Positions 51,951-63,269 are shown, counted from the stretch's first letter. The stretch: DNA of 64,000 nucleotides from an uncultured Verrucomicrobiae bacterium (GCA_963836755.1 CAWIKF010000003.1:1-64000), one strand, 5' to 3'. Made by a program: numbers and translations. Notes: generated by a model from the sequence alone, not told the origin.

Positions 51951-52727
51951 TCACTTTGTTGCAGCCGCTGCGGCGGGTGATGCGCCAGCCGCCGGCGCCG
52001 GCGCACCGCCGGGTAAGTTTGCATCGGCCGGAACGGCGAGGATATCCGCGGCGCTCCATGAATCGGTGCGGCCTGCATATTCCTTGCGCGCGGCTGCGAT
52101 TTGTTCCGGCTCGATCGGCGGCGCACTGTTTCCCCATTCCTGGCGGATATACGTCAGGATCGCCGCGATTTTTTTGTCGGTGAGAGTTTTTTCCCACACC
52201 GGCATCGCGCCGTTGTATTCGGTGCCGGAAACTTTGATCGGGCCGATCAAGCCTTTCAAAAGAATCATCGCGAGCCGTCGCGAACCACCGTTGACGATCT
52301 CCGATTTTGCCAGCGGCGGATACTGGCCGGGCACGCCGAGGCCAGTGGCTTGGTGACACGAAACGCAATTTTGCGTGAAGTAACGTTTGCCTTCATCCAC
52401 CACCGATGACGCTTGCGGCGCGCCGCCGGCTTGTCCGGCTTGCGGCGCGCCGGCAGTGGTCGTTTGCGGCAATCCGCTTCTTTCATTATAAACATCGCCG
52501 CTGAATCCGCCGCTGAACATTCCCAGATAAGCGCCGGCCCAGAAAATGGCGACGCCGGCGACAGCCATCAGCCAAAGCGGGACGGGCACTGCACTGAAAC
52601 CGGGGTCCTCATGCTCGCGCCTTGCCGCGCTATGCACATCATGGACATCCGCTGTCTCATGGTAATCGATGTGGCCGAGGCCGCGGTGCGCGCCGGCGGT
52701 GCGGAGGTCTTCGGGATTCTGTTTCAT
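51951..52727 (-). CDS. Membrane-anchored monoheme cytochrome c
   Basis: P.WL TM anchor, CVSCHQ.TG.G..G.YPPL, and axial Met in GAMP. Confidence 0.9.
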   Translation of the reverse strand: MKQNPEDLRTAGAHRGLGHIDYHETADVHDVHSAARREHEDPGFSAVPVPLWLMAVAGVAIFWAGAYLGMFSGGFSGDVYNERSGLPQTTTAGAPQAGQAGGAPQASSVVDEGKRYFTQNCVSCHQATGLGVPGQYPPLAKSEIVNGGSRRLAMILLKGLIGPIKVSGTEYNGAMPVWEKTLTDKKIAAILTYIRQEWGNSAPPIEPEQIAAARKEYAGRTDSWSAADILAVPADANLPGGAPAPAAGASPAAAAATK

Positions 52728-53377
52728 TTCGCCCCTCCTGCCACCGGTTTTTCAGGCGCTTCCATCGGACCCGCTTCCTTCAAAGGATGATTGCGATCGA
52801 GCGAGATCAAATATGCCACGAGCGCCTTTGCCTCCGGTTTTGGCACGATTTCGTAGCCCCACTCCGGTGCTTCCACGCCGGTGAGATCGAGAGCATCGTC
52901 GGGACGCTGGCCTGTGATTTTCCGCTTTTCAAAAAGAAATCGAAACGGCGGCATAATCGACCCCGGCGTCACGTAGCGCGGGCTATACAAATGCAGATAA
53001 TGCCAAATTGCGGAGGATTGCCGGCCGCCAATATTGGTGAGGTCCGGCCCCGTGCGGGCATTGCCGAGCAGCACCGGATCATCGTAAATGTAATCGCGCG
53101 CGACCGTCCGGCGCGAGCCCCAGCCGCGCTTGAGATCTGCGCCCATCTGATCGTCGCGGACTTGCTGGCTGTGGCACGCGATGCATCCGTTCGCGATGTA
53201 AACACGACGCCCCTGCTCTGCCTGACCTCCGGCGTTAATGGGATAAATGTCGCCTGCTTCCTGATCGACCTGCGGCTGGAGATTTCCGATCTGCAACTGC
53301 GGCGCCATCGCCAGCCCGAGAAACGAGAGCGCGAAAGTCGCGAAAATTCCCCCGAAAATAAATGGAAAATTCTTCAC
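52724..53377 (-). CDS. ccoO: cbb3-type oxidase subunit II (CcoO/FixO)-like monoheme cytochrome
   Basis: GRRVY..NGC..CHSQQVR, G..RTGPDL..IG.R and HL..PR...PGSIMP. Confidence 0.88.
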   Translation of the reverse strand: MKNFPFIFGGIFATFALSFLGLAMAPQLQIGNLQPQVDQEAGDIYPINAGGQAEQGRRVYIANGCIACHSQQVRDDQMGADLKRGWGSRRTVARDYIYDDPVLLGNARTGPDLTNIGGRQSSAIWHYLHLYSPRYVTPGSIMPPFRFLFEKRKITGQRPDDALDLTGVEAPEWGYEIVPKPEAKALVAYLISLDRNHPLKEAGPMEAPEKPVAGGAK

Positions 53378-54843
53378 GCTTTTTTGCCTCCTTCTTCAAG
53401 CTCCGCGAATAAAGTTGGCGCCCCGCTCGGTTGTCCCAGCCGGAAAAGCATCGCCAGGAAATGCAGGAAAAAAATCAAGTGCGCGAGAATGATCAGCAGC
53501 CAGCCAATGGTGCGCGCCACCATGTAAGGCTGGAAATATCCAATCACCAGCGCAGGCGAGAGCTCGGGATCGAGCCATGCAGTGCCTTGCGCGCCGCCGC
53601 CGATGAAGAGCATGAAAACGCCGAGCCCGATGCCGTAAGCTGTTCCCCAAAAGTGAATCCGGATGAACGTCGCAGAAAGCCATTCGCAACCGACCAGCCG
53701 CGGGACGATGTAATACATCGAACCGAACATCGCCATCGTGAAAAACCCGTAGATCACGAGCTGGAATTGCCCGACGGAAAACTGCGTGAAATGCGTGACG
53801 CGATCCACTGAACGCAGCGCAGTGATGATCGCCGTCAAAATCGAAAGCGACCAGCAGAACGCGCCGAACACAGTGAAGCGAATCGTGGGGCTGTGATAAA
53901 CCATGTCGTAGCGCCCATACATCGTCAGCACGTGATTGATCGTCACCGTTGCCAGCGGAACCAGCATCATGATCGTCGCCGAAATGCTGACCGTCGGCAG
54001 CCACGCCGGCACCGGTCCGCCAGTCAGCCGCGTCATTCCCAGCCAGCCGCCGAGAAGCGCCTGTGTCCAAAAACCAACGGACGCCAGGTAATAGGAGTGG
54101 ATCGGTCGGCCGAGGATTTTCGGAATCAAATAGTAGATCGCACCCAGCCCGACTGATGTGAAATACAAGCTGAGCAACGCTTGTGCATACCACGCCGCGA
54201 CCACCGCCTGCACCACACCATGCGAGTGTGCGACCATGATATTCGCCGCTCCGAAAAGCCACGGAAACCAAAACATTGCGCCAAGCAAATACCACGTCGT
54301 GATGTAAACCGGACCCTCACGTCGGCTGTTAAAAATGATCAATCCCCACACCGCGACCAGCGAATAGGCGATGAACAAAAGCGCCTCGGCCGAACGGGGA
54401 AATTCCAGCAACTCGAACGGCCGCATATTGCCGGACAAAATGGAAACCACGCCGACGGTCACGCCGATGTTCCAGAAAATTCCTCCGATGATTAGCGCCA
54501 TCGAACTGCGCAGCGCCACGCGGCAAAGACGCGCCAGCAGCCAGATCGAGCTGCCGATCGCGACCGGGCAACCCCAGCCGTAAACCAAAGTATTGGTGAA
54601 CGCCGGCCAGATGCGTCCATATGTCAGCCAGCTGAAATTCCCGAGAAATTCGGGAGCGTGCATTTTGATGGACGCAATCACCCCGAAAAACGTTGCCGCC
54701 AACAGCCACGTCAGCGCAGTCGTAAAGAAGAACATCACCGGCGCGCGCGTGGACGCGTCGATCAAGGCGCGCTCGACTGCGGCGACCTCGGCGGAAGTCA
54801 CTTCACTGCTTGCGGGAGCGATGGTTTGTGTTTGTGCGCTCAT
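53374..54843 (-). CDS. CcoN/FixN-like membrane protein lacking the heme and CuB His ligands (pseudo-oxidase subunit)
   Basis: CcoN scaffold motifs (LTYGR, IYYLIPK..GRPI.SY.L...FW, G.MYYI.PRL, HFW...G) are present, but the His positions read AFTN, WYAQ, GMTRL and GQFQL. Confidence 0.82.
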   Translation of the reverse strand: MSAQTQTIAPASSEVTSAEVAAVERALIDASTRAPVMFFFTTALTWLLAATFFGVIASIKMHAPEFLGNFSWLTYGRIWPAFTNTLVYGWGCPVAIGSSIWLLARLCRVALRSSMALIIGGIFWNIGVTVGVVSILSGNMRPFELLEFPRSAEALLFIAYSLVAVWGLIIFNSRREGPVYITTWYLLGAMFWFPWLFGAANIMVAHSHGVVQAVVAAWYAQALLSLYFTSVGLGAIYYLIPKILGRPIHSYYLASVGFWTQALLGGWLGMTRLTGGPVPAWLPTVSISATIMMLVPLATVTINHVLTMYGRYDMVYHSPTIRFTVFGAFCWSLSILTAIITALRSVDRVTHFTQFSVGQFQLVIYGFFTMAMFGSMYYIVPRLVGCEWLSATFIRIHFWGTAYGIGLGVFMLFIGGGAQGTAWLDPELSPALVIGYFQPYMVARTIGWLLIILAHLIFFLHFLAMLFRLGQPSGAPTLFAELEEGGKKA

Positions 54844-55295
54844 GGCTTCTTCAATTCTGGAGCGTTTGTGCTCGGCGGCGCGGCCACTGGCCCGGGCGAT
54901 GCCGAAGGGTTGGTGCCGATTTGCGGCGCGGATGCCGCGGGCGCGCTCGGCGGCGGCTGCAGACCGTAGGGATATATTTGTTCCACCTTCACCGCGGAAG
55001 GTCCGACCGCTTTCGATTTTAAATCATTCGCAACCAATTCCATCGCGCGCGCGATCGGGATTTGCACGGTGCCTTTGTCCTTCGCGACCCATCCGTAATG
55101 ATCAAGCTTCGCGTCATTCTCCTTGTTCAAAGCCTCGAGCTTTTCGACCCGCGCTTTCGCGCGCTCCTCATCAAACGTCTGCTGCGGCGCGGCGAAGCGG
55201 AACAAAATCCACGCGATCACTCCGAACCCGCAGAAGACGGCGATGCCCCAGAAAAACCAAACGCCAAGCGAAACTTTTTTGACTTCCTCGCGCAT
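54840..55295 (-). CDS. actG: ActG-like subunit of alternative complex III
   Basis: Single TM helix, then L..YGWV.K.KG.V.IPI.RAMEL; directly follows actF. Confidence 0.7.
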   Translation of the reverse strand: MREEVKKVSLGVWFFWGIAVFCGFGVIAWILFRFAAPQQTFDEERAKARVEKLEALNKENDAKLDHYGWVAKDKGTVQIPIARAMELVANDLKSKAVGPSAVKVEQIYPYGLQPPPSAPAASAPQIGTNPSASPGPVAAPPSTNAPELKKP

Positions 55296-55296
55296 G

Positions 55297-56511
55297 TCAG
55301 TTCGAGAGGCGGAGCGATTCCGGCAGGCGCGGATCGCGGATTGGAATGAGGTTGTGTTTACCGAGTGCTTTCAAAAATAAATACGCCAGCGGCGCGCCAA
55401 TGCCGACAAGTGCGCAGAGATCGATCGGAATCGCCGCGATGGAAAAACCGGTCTGGTGCAGCATCGGCATGATGATGACGTAAAGATCAACGATCTGCAT
55501 GAACATGATCCACCCAGCGACGGCGCAAAGCACCTTTGGCACTTTTTTCGTCCATTGCATGAGTAGCAGCGGGAACGGAATAAAGAAGCGCCCGACAACA
55601 AGAAAAAGGCTGAGATACCACCACGAAGAAATGTTCCGGCGGATGAAGTATTCCGTCTCCTCAGGAATGTTCGCATACCAGATGAGCATGTATTGCGAGA
55701 AGCCGATGTAAGCCCAGAAAATGCTGAATGCGAGCATCAGCTTGCCCATGATGTGGTAGTGCTCGATGGTGACAACGCCTTTTAAATAACCGTTGTTCCG
55801 CAGCGCGGTGACGATGAGCACGAGAAGCGACATCGCGCTGCCGGCGGCTCCGGCGAAGATGTAAACGCCCCACATCGTCGAGACCCATTTGTAGTCGAGC
55901 CCCATCACCCAATCGACCGCGCCAAAAGTCAGCGAGAGGGCGAAGATTGGTAGGCCGATGATGCCAAATTTGCGCATCAAAATCGTGTGCCGCGGATCGC
56001 CATCTACATCCTGCTGCGTCGACTTTTGTTTCAACTTCAGTGCCACCAGCGTCATCAGCGCGAAATAAAGCACGTAGCGCACGATGAAAAATCCGTGGTT
56101 CAGATAGCCGCTCTTTTTGTCGAGGATTGGATCCATTCCATGCGGCATGTTCCACCATTTCCAAAGTAGCGGCGCGCATCCCAAAACGAGCAGCGGTAAA
56201 AAGTAGAGATAAACAACCGGCATCAAACCGGCGAGGTTCTCAAGGATTCGCCTTACGACCACCGACCACTCCGCATCGGTCGCGTGATGGACGAGAATCC
56301 AAAACAGCGACCCAGCGCAAATCGTGAAAAAATACATGAAGGCGAACAGCCACGAAAATGCGAACTGCTGTTTCAGCGCTGGAATAAACGCGCAAATCAA
56401 ACTGATGATGATGCCGACGGCACCGGCCACGAGCAGCAGCGGCAGCCATCCGCCGACGTCGCTCGTCTTAAAAGTTTCGGGCTTTGGTTGTGCCGTGGAA
56501 TGTTCGCTCAT
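55297..56511 (-). CDS. actF: Alternative complex III subunit ActF
   Basis: About 10 TM helices, W....RR..E, DW.M.L...W.ST..G and W.Y..FSQYMLIWYANIPEET. Confidence 0.9.
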   Translation of the reverse strand: MSEHSTAQPKPETFKTSDVGGWLPLLLVAGAVGIIISLICAFIPALKQQFAFSWLFAFMYFFTICAGSLFWILVHHATDAEWSVVVRRILENLAGLMPVVYLYFLPLLVLGCAPLLWKWWNMPHGMDPILDKKSGYLNHGFFIVRYVLYFALMTLVALKLKQKSTQQDVDGDPRHTILMRKFGIIGLPIFALSLTFGAVDWVMGLDYKWVSTMWGVYIFAGAAGSAMSLLVLIVTALRNNGYLKGVVTIEHYHIMGKLMLAFSIFWAYIGFSQYMLIWYANIPEETEYFIRRNISSWWYLSLFLVVGRFFIPFPLLLMQWTKKVPKVLCAVAGWIMFMQIVDLYVIIMPMLHQTGFSIAAIPIDLCALVGIGAPLAYLFLKALGKHNLIPIRDPRLPESLRLSN

Positions 56512-57209
56512 TTGGCTGCCTGCTCCTGCGGTTTGTCCAGTTGCGCGCGCTGGTCTGTCGGCACATCTGCGACGGTTGCGTGCTGGCTGCGCTGCAGCGC
56601 GCGGAGATAACAGATGATCGCCCAGCGGTCCTCGACCGTCACATTTCCGCCGTAGGCGCCCATCGAGTTTTTGCCGTTCGTGATGGTGTTAAAAATCTGC
56701 CCGTCGGGCATCGTGATCAGCCGGTTGTCCTGGAAATTCGCCACGCCCACCAGTCCGTATTGCGTCACTATTCCATTGCCCATGCCGGTCGCGCCGTGGC
56801 AGACCGCGCAGTTGATCGTGAAGCGCTCGCGCCCGCGCGCAATCAGCTCCCGGGTCACCTGCACCGGAATGCCGTCGCCGTAGCTGTCGCCGATTTTGCC
56901 GGTGTTGAAATAGTCGGGCGCGTCCGAAAAATTACCGCGAGTCGGATCGAATTTGTTGTTGCTGCCGCCGGTCGAATAATAGAGGTGCGGCACCACGTAA
57001 CCCAGCGGCACCGTTCCTTCCACCGGCTTGCGCGCGGCGCGATCATCGGCGAAAAAAGTGCTCTCGTGCTGCGGATCATACCGCGGCTGATGATCCATGT
57101 CGGGGATGATTTCGATGGGCCGCTTCGTCGTATGCGTGCCGCGGAATCCCGCGATCGCGACGACCGTGATGACCGCCAAAATAAAGATGAGAAAAAAGGA
57201 GCGGAGCAT
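56508..57209 (-). CDS. actE: Alternative complex III monoheme cytochrome ActE
   Basis: PDM..QP, F.D.R..R.PV.GTV, CAVCHG, G.IF.TIT.G...M and RWAI..Y.RALQ. Confidence 0.9.
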   Translation of the reverse strand: MLRSFFLIFILAVITVVAIAGFRGTHTTKRPIEIIPDMDHQPRYDPQHESTFFADDRAARKPVEGTVPLGYVVPHLYYSTGGSNNKFDPTRGNFSDAPDYFNTGKIGDSYGDGIPVQVTRELIARGRERFTINCAVCHGATGMGNGIVTQYGLVGVANFQDNRLITMPDGQIFNTITNGKNSMGAYGGNVTVEDRWAIICYLRALQRSQHATVADVPTDQRAQLDKPQEQAAK

Positions 57210-57211
57210 GG

Positions 57212-57760
57212 TCAGTCGTGCACGAGCGTCACGTGCTCGCCGCCGATTTGCTCGAGCAGCTCGCGCGTTTTAGTTTCGGAAAATTTCGGATCGCGCGCCT
57301 CGATCACGAGGAAAAATCCGTTGTCGGTGACTTTTGAAAAACGTTCCCAGTTGAACATCGGATGATTCCAGCGCGGGAGCTGGTTCATCACCAGCAGCGC
57401 GGTCACCGTCGCAAAGGCCGAGCACAAAATCGTGAGCTCAAAAAAGATCGGCATAAACGCCGGCACGGTCATGAAATCTACCGGCTTGTTGTGCACGACG
57501 AGTTTGTAATCGATCAACGATGGATAGCATTCCAGCGCGACCGCGGTGAGCAGACCAAACGTGCCGCCGCACAAGACGACGGCGCTGAGCCAGGATTTTC
57601 CGAGCCCCATCGCCTTGTCCATTCCGTGCACCGGATATGGCGTATGGACGTCCCATTTTTTAAAACCAGAATCGCGGATTTTTTCCGCTGCGGTGAAAAG
57701 CGCCGCAGCGGTTGGGAATTCCGCACCGAGTCCGTAAACTTTGCGAGAACGATCGGCCAT
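57212..57760 (-). CDS. actD: Alternative complex III subunit ActD (DUF3341)
   Basis: AEF, D.HTPYPVHG, KP....PAF.PI.FELTIL and D.FFL.IE..D. Confidence 0.9.
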   Translation of the reverse strand: MADRSRKVYGLGAEFPTAAALFTAAEKIRDSGFKKWDVHTPYPVHGMDKAMGLGKSWLSAVVLCGGTFGLLTAVALECYPSLIDYKLVVHNKPVDFMTVPAFMPIFFELTILCSAFATVTALLVMNQLPRWNHPMFNWERFSKVTDNGFFLVIEARDPKFSETKTRELLEQIGGEHVTLVHD

Positions 57761-57761
57761 T

Positions 57762-59189
57762 TTAGTGATGAGCCTCCACTCCGACTTGCGCGTCCGGCAC
57801 ATGATGATGCGGATCAGATTCCGGCAGCACGATCTTCACTTCGGACATCGCGATCATCGGCAGGAACCGCATGAATAAAAGAAAGAGCGAAAGAAAAATC
57901 CCGAACGTTCCGACGAACGTCCCGATTTCGACCCACGACGCATGATACATGTGCCACGACGACGGAAGGAAGTCGCGATAAAGTCCGCCGACGATGATGA
58001 TGAAGCGCTCAAACCACATGCCGGCGTTGACGCACATGCAGACAAAGTAGACGACCCAGAGATTGCGCCGGCACGCCTTGAACCAAAAAAGCTGCGGCGC
58101 AATCGAGTTGCAAAAAAGCATTCCGACCCACCAATACCAGCCGTTCGGGCCCCAGATGCGGCCGTAAAACGCGAACCGCTCGTAAGGATTTGCGCCATAC
58201 CACGCGATGAAAAACTCCATCGCATACGCATAGGCGACGATGCTGCCGGTCAACAAAATGATCTTCGCCATTTTCTCGACATGCTGCTTTGTGATGACAT
58301 CCTGAAGCTGCGGATAAATCAACCGCGCCGGGATCAAAAGCGTCAGCACCATCGCGAAGCCGCCGAAGATCGCGCCGGCGACAAAGTAGGGCGGGAAAAT
58401 CGTCGTGTGCCAGGTCGGGATCACCGACGTCGCGAAGTCGAACGAGACGACTGAATGCACGGACAAAACCAGCGGCGTCGAGATGCCCGCAAGAATCAGA
58501 TACGCCATTTCATAATGGCGCCATTGGCGATTTGATCCGCGCCAGCCGAGCGCAAAAATCGTGAAGAAAAATTTCTTCACGCGCGACTTCGTCCGATCCC
58601 GCAAAGTTGCGAGATCGGGCACGAGACCCGTATACCAAAACAGCACGGACACGGTGAAATATGTCGAAACCGCGAACACGTCCCACAGCAGCGGGCTGCG
58701 GAAGTTTGGCCAGATGCCATTATACCACGGCACCGGCGCGAGGAACCACGCCATCCAGACGCGTCCGATGTGAATGCCGGGAAAAATTCCCGCGCAAACC
58801 ACGGCGAAAAGTGTCATCGCCTCCGACGCGCGATTGATCGAGGTGCGCCATTTTTGTCGCGTCAAAAATAGAATCGCTGAGATCAAAGTTCCAGCATGGC
58901 CGATGCCGATCCAAAATACGAAATTCGTGATGTCCCACGCCCAACCGACCGGGTGATTTTCGCCCCAGACTCCGACGCCGGTCGAGATCTGATACGCGAT
59001 GCACATGCAGCCAAACAGCGCCGTCGGCACCGTAATGCAAAACGCGACCCACCACCAAAACGGCGTTTTCGCCTCGACGATCGACGAAATGTTTTCCGTG
59101 ATCCAGCTCGCCGGGCGGTTTTGCAGGATCAGCGGGACGCGCGTCACTGCGAGGCGATCAGCTTCAAGACGTGCGGTAGAATCAGCCAT
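57762..59189 (-). CDS. actC: Alternative complex III subunit ActC (NrfD/PsrC family)
   Basis: [46 protein letters not shown] and [14 protein letters not shown]. Confidence 0.95.
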   Translation of the reverse strand: MADSTARLEADRLAVTRVPLILQNRPASWITENISSIVEAKTPFWWWVAFCITVPTALFGCMCIAYQISTGVGVWGENHPVGWAWDITNFVFWIGIGHAGTLISAILFLTRQKWRTSINRASEAMTLFAVVCAGIFPGIHIGRVWMAWFLAPVPWYNGIWPNFRSPLLWDVFAVSTYFTVSVLFWYTGLVPDLATLRDRTKSRVKKFFFTIFALGWRGSNRQWRHYEMAYLILAGISTPLVLSVHSVVSFDFATSVIPTWHTTIFPPYFVAGAIFGGFAMVLTLLIPARLIYPQLQDVITKQHVEKMAKIILLTGSIVAYAYAMEFFIAWYGANPYERFAFYGRIWGPNGWYWWVGMLFCNSIAPQLFWFKACRRNLWVVYFVCMCVNAGMWFERFIIIVGGLYRDFLPSSWHMYHASWVEIGTFVGTFGIFLSLFLLFMRFLPMIAMSEVKIVLPESDPHHHVPDAQVGVEAHH

Positions 59190-62100
59190 TATGTTTTACC
59201 TCCGACCTGGTTTGTCTGCGTGTTTGGGTGCGGCACCGGATTTTCTCCGCCGGATTCCGGCTCGTGTTCAAATGCGCCAATCTTGTCTGCGCCGGGCATT
59301 TTCATGTTCGGGTTGCGCAATCTCGCGAGGTATTGGATTCGCGAATTTACGTTGAGATATTCGAGAAGCCGATAGCCGCGCTCGCTTTGCCGCAGCTTGG
59401 AAACTTTGCTCTCAGGATCGGCGATGTTTCCAAAAACGATCGACTCATTCACGCACGCCTGCTGGCAGGCGACTTGAAACGCGTCGGTCGGGATCTTGAT
59501 GTCTGGCGAAGCGCCGGCGCGAACTTTGGCGCCAATCTTCGCTTCCTGGATGCGCTGCACACAAAAGCTGCATTTTTCCATGACGCCGCGCATGCGCACG
59601 GTCACGTTCGGATTTTTCTGCATCTTCAGCGTGTCGGCCATTCCTTTTTCCGTGAGCGGGCCGAGCTTTAGTCCATTGACTTCGCCCAGCAGCGGCACTT
59701 TTACCGGCGTGATCGGACGCTGATTGTAATCAAAGAAATTAAAGCGCCGCACTTTAAACGGGCAGTTGTTCGCGCAATACCGCGTGCCGATGCAACGGTT
59801 GTATGCCATCACGTTGAGACCTTCATCGTTGTGCACGGTTGCGTTGACGGGGCAAACCGTTTCGCACGGCGCGTTCTCGCACTGCTGGCAAAGCATCGGC
59901 TGCGTGAGCATCTCCGGATCAGCATCGTCGTCGTCCACGCTGGCGAAATACCGATCCATGCGGATCCAATGCATCTCGCGGCCGTTGATCACCTGCTCCT
60001 TGCCAACGATCGGCGTGTTGTTTTCCGCCTGGCAAGCGACGACGCATGCGTTGCAGCCGAGGCAGGTGTTGAGGTCAATGGCCATGCCCCATTGATGCGG
60101 GCCTTCAAATTTTAGCGGATGCGAATAAAGCGACGGCAGTCCCGCCTTCGGCAGCTCCGCATCCATGCCCAACTTTTGCGCAAAGGCCGGATCTTTGTCG
60201 TGTTGCGCCACCGTTCCTTCGCGCACGAGTGCACGGCCTTCCATGCTCCAATGATCCTGCGTGATCGCGAGCGCGCCGCGCTTGCCGGTGCGCCTGATTT
60301 TTGCAAAAGCGAAATACGGCGCTGCAGTCGTCCGGAGCGGATAGACATTGACTCCCGAGCCAGCGCCGACGCGGCCGGTGACTGTGCGGCCGTAGCCGAG
60401 CGCGATCGAGATCGAGTTGTCGGCGTGGCCCGGCACGATGAAAATAGGCGCTTCCATTTTGCGATGCTCATCGATCGCGATCTCGATGATGTCGCCCGAC
60501 GCCTCGTAATTTTTCACGCCCAACTTTTTCGCAGTCACCGGGCTCAGCAGCGCGGCATTGTCCCACGTCATTTTCGTGATCGGATCAGGAAGTTCCTGCA
60601 GCCAGCCGTTGTTGTTGTAGCGGCCGTCATCGACTTTCGAGTCGCCGGTGAAAACGACTTCGATCATGTCGCCGCCGGCCGCCGCGGGAAGATTTGCATT
60701 TTCCGCGACGTAAGCCGACGAGCGCGAGCCCATGAAAAACAGGACATGCGGCGCCGACGCGCTCTCCGCCAAAAAGCCGTCGTGCAGAAATTTGTTCCAC
60801 TCCGCCCCGAAATCCGCGCCCGGCGAAAGCGTCTTGAAAGTATCCTGCACGAGTTCCGGCCCGACCGGCTTCGGCATGCCACAAAAACGTGCGAGCACGT
60901 CGAGGTCCGACCATCCGCCGAACAGCGGCAGGATCATCGGCTGCACCGAAACGTAGGTGCCGTCTGAGCTGCGCCCATCGCCCCACATCTCGAGATAATG
61001 CGCACGCGGCACGTGCCACATCGCCGTGCGCGACGTCTCGTTTTCCATCAGGCTCACGTGCACGATCGTCGGGACGGATTTTTGCAGCGTTGCCCATTCG
61101 AGATCGGCCGGCGCGTTGTAAACCGGATTGCCGCCGATGATGAAAAGTGCGTGGATTTTTTTGTCGGCAATCTCCTTTGCCAGCTCCGCAAGCGACATCG
61201 TCGGGCGGGTAAAAGTTTGCTGCCCGAGCACAGTCTGCCCGAGATTTTCCAGCGCGGAATTGAGCGCCGCGACGAGCAATTGCACCGCGACCGGCTGCTG
61301 CGGGCCGACGAGGATCAGCGATTTTCCTTTGCTCGCGAGCAAATCATCCGCGACGCCGTCCAACCACGCTTCGGAAAATTTCACCGACGACTTCGGCAAC
61401 GCTGTGTAAAACTGCGTTAACGCCTGATCATTCGTTCCTTTCGCGATCCGCTCCGCCAGCGCGAGCGCAAACGCGCCGATCTGGCTGACCGGGCAACGCA
61501 GGCGATGATCGGCCATGCCGCCGGTAATCGTGTAGCGATTCTCCACGACGTAGAGCCGGTTCATTTTGTCGCCGGCTTTTTCGACACGGCGGCGAGCGCT
61601 GAATCCTTTGATCGCCGCGATTTTCCCCTCTCCGTCGCCGAGAAAATCCGAGTCGAGCGCGAGGATTACATCGGCGGCTTCAACATTGTGCGCGGTCTTC
61701 AAACCGGGACCGTAGGAAAGGTTCGCGGCCTGGCTCGAAAAATCTGAGCCGAGCGGCTCGTAAACGCACCAGCGCATCAGCGGGAAACGTTTTTCCATCA
61801 GCGTCCGCAGCCGTTCGCGCGTCGGCGAATTGTCCTCCTCCATCAAAAAAGCGAGCCCGTCGCCATTGCCCGCCGCCGAGTCAGTGACGAGTTTGTCGAG
61901 GAAGTCCGCAAACTTTTTCGGATCCCGCTGCTCGCCATTTTCAATGAAATCGCGCGAGCGATCCGGGTCATACAAATCGAGAATCGACGCCTGCGCGTAA
62001 AGGTCGGTGCCGCCGTGCCCTTTACTAATAGGATGCAACGGATTGCCCTCGAGCTTCGTTGGGCGTCCGTCGTGCGTCGTCGCGATCAGCGGAATGTATC

Positions 62101-62419
62101 CGCCGCGCTGCGGCATCGAGGTCGAGTAAAAAAGCGGCTTCCCGGGAATGCACCACTCGGAACTTTTCGTGAACGGCACGAGATGAAGTTCCGGACGGCG
62201 GCAACCGCTGAGGCCGATGCCCGCGAGCGCGCTCGATGCGCCCATGATTTTCAAAAAGTGCCGGCGCGAAACTTCGCCGCCTTTGAACTCCGCCGCGCCT
62301 TGCGGAAATTCGCGCTCGAGCCACGCGCCGAACTCCGGCGTCTCGGCGAGCTGCTCCAGACTGCGCCAATATTTCTTGCCGGTCAGCGGCTGCGACGGGT
62401 GTTTAAAAACGCGTTTCAT
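59189..62419 (-). CDS. actB: Alternative complex III subunit ActB (molybdopterin-oxidoreductase-like plus Fe-S domain)
   Basis: YWRSL, Tat motif SRRHFLK then lipobox-like [53 protein letters not shown] and EKCSFCVQR. Confidence 0.94.
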   Translation of the reverse strand: MKRVFKHPSQPLTGKKYWRSLEQLAETPEFGAWLEREFPQGAAEFKGGEVSRRHFLKIMGASSALAGIGLSGCRRPELHLVPFTKSSEWCIPGKPLFYSTSMPQRGGYIPLIATTHDGRPTKLEGNPLHPISKGHGGTDLYAQASILDLYDPDRSRDFIENGEQRDPKKFADFLDKLVTDSAAGNGDGLAFLMEEDNSPTRERLRTLMEKRFPLMRWCVYEPLGSDFSSQAANLSYGPGLKTAHNVEAADVILALDSDFLGDGEGKIAAIKGFSARRRVEKAGDKMNRLYVVENRYTITGGMADHRLRCPVSQIGAFALALAERIAKGTNDQALTQFYTALPKSSVKFSEAWLDGVADDLLASKGKSLILVGPQQPVAVQLLVAALNSALENLGQTVLGQQTFTRPTMSLAELAKEIADKKIHALFIIGGNPVYNAPADLEWATLQKSVPTIVHVSLMENETSRTAMWHVPRAHYLEMWGDGRSSDGTYVSVQPMILPLFGGWSDLDVLARFCGMPKPVGPELVQDTFKTLSPGADFGAEWNKFLHDGFLAESASAPHVLFFMGSRSSAYVAENANLPAAAGGDMIEVVFTGDSKVDDGRYNNNGWLQELPDPITKMTWDNAALLSPVTAKKLGVKNYEASGDIIEIAIDEHRKMEAPIFIVPGHADNSISIALGYGRTVTGRVGAGSGVNVYPLRTTAAPYFAFAKIRRTGKRGALAITQDHWSMEGRALVREGTVAQHDKDPAFAQKLGMDAELPKAGLPSLYSHPLKFEGPHQWGMAIDLNTCLGCNACVVACQAENNTPIVGKEQVINGREMHWIRMDRYFASVDDDDADPEMLTQPMLCQQCENAPCETVCPVNATVHNDEGLNVMAYNRCIGTRYCANNCPFKVRRFNFFDYNQRPITPVKVPLLGEVNGLKLGPLTEKGMADTLKMQKNPNVTVRMRGVMEKCSFCVQRIQEAKIGAKVRAGASPDIKIPTDAFQVACQQACVNESIVFGNIADPESKVSKLRQSERGYRLLEYLNVNSRIQYLARLRNPNMKMPGADKIGAFEHEPESGGENPVPHPNTQTNQVGGKT

Positions 62420-63147
62420 CGGTGACAGGCGTAGCAGTTGATGTTCGGAGGTTCCACGTTCCAGTCGTGCTTGAGCGTGCTGCCGATTTCCTGCTGCGTG
62501 AGTTTTACTTCCTTCGAAAAATCTTTGTTCTCCTCGCCCGGCGGCTTCCCGTATTTCGCGATGAAGCTCTGCGGATTCACCTGGTCGGGATTCCAATCGA
62601 GGTTAAACACTTGTTCACGAGGCCGCAGATTGTTTTCCGGCGCACGATGGCAGTCGAGGCACCACGACATGCTCAGGGAATTGAAATGATATACGACCGG
62701 CATGTGGTTGACCGGACCGTGACACGAATAGCACGAGATGCCGCGGTTCACGTGCGCCGAGTGGTTGAAATAAACATAGTCCGGCGTCTTGTGAATCTGC
62801 GTCCACGCCACCGGCAGCCCCGTCTTCCAGCTCTCGCGCACAGCCTGCAGCTTCGGGTTTTCCTTTTGCACCTGCGAGTGGCAATTCATGCACGTCTGCG
62901 TGTTCGGCACATTCGAGTGCGCGGCGACCTCGACGAAGCTGTGGCAATAGCGGCAGTCCATCCCGAGCTGCGAGACGTGCAGGTCGTGCGGGAATGGCAC
63001 CGGCTGCACCGGCTCGTAGCCGATGTGCGTGTATTTCGGCGTGAAATAATACCAGACGCCGCACGTGAGCGCGGTGCCGAGCACGCCGGCGATGACCACC
63101 AATTTCAGCGGCAGCCAATTCGTCCATTTTGGAAAAAGATTCGCCAT
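62416..63147 (-). CDS. actA: Alternative complex III pentaheme cytochrome ActA
   Basis: N-terminal TM helix, P.QPVPF.H..H and five CxxCH motifs (CRYCH, CMNCH, CYSCH, CLDCH, CYACH). Confidence 0.94.
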   Translation of the reverse strand: MANLFPKWTNWLPLKLVVIAGVLGTALTCGVWYYFTPKYTHIGYEPVQPVPFPHDLHVSQLGMDCRYCHSFVEVAAHSNVPNTQTCMNCHSQVQKENPKLQAVRESWKTGLPVAWTQIHKTPDYVYFNHSAHVNRGISCYSCHGPVNHMPVVYHFNSLSMSWCLDCHRAPENNLRPREQVFNLDWNPDQVNPQSFIAKYGKPPGEENKDFSKEVKLTQQEIGSTLKHDWNVEPPNINCYACHR

Positions 63148-63269
63148 TTTCTACAGGATGGCTTTTCCGCGAAGTGACATGTGGAGTAAAAAAAAGAAGG
63201 GCAAATCTCGCTGTGCCGGGGAGGACGAACGCACTCTATTTTTCTCCCCCGATGTCACGCAAGCGGATT

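Noticed and set aside
53374..54843. Calling the ccoN-like gene a functional cbb3 oxidase, or a pseudogene
   Set aside because: The metal ligands are missing, so it is not a catalytic oxidase. The frame is intact, full length and coupled to its neighbours, so there is no sign of decay.
63185..63250. Possible attenuator or riboswitch in the actA leader (GGGGAG/CTCCCC stem and U-tract)
   Set aside because: The stems are short, one arm falls within the candidate promoter spacer, and no known riboswitch motif is recognisable.
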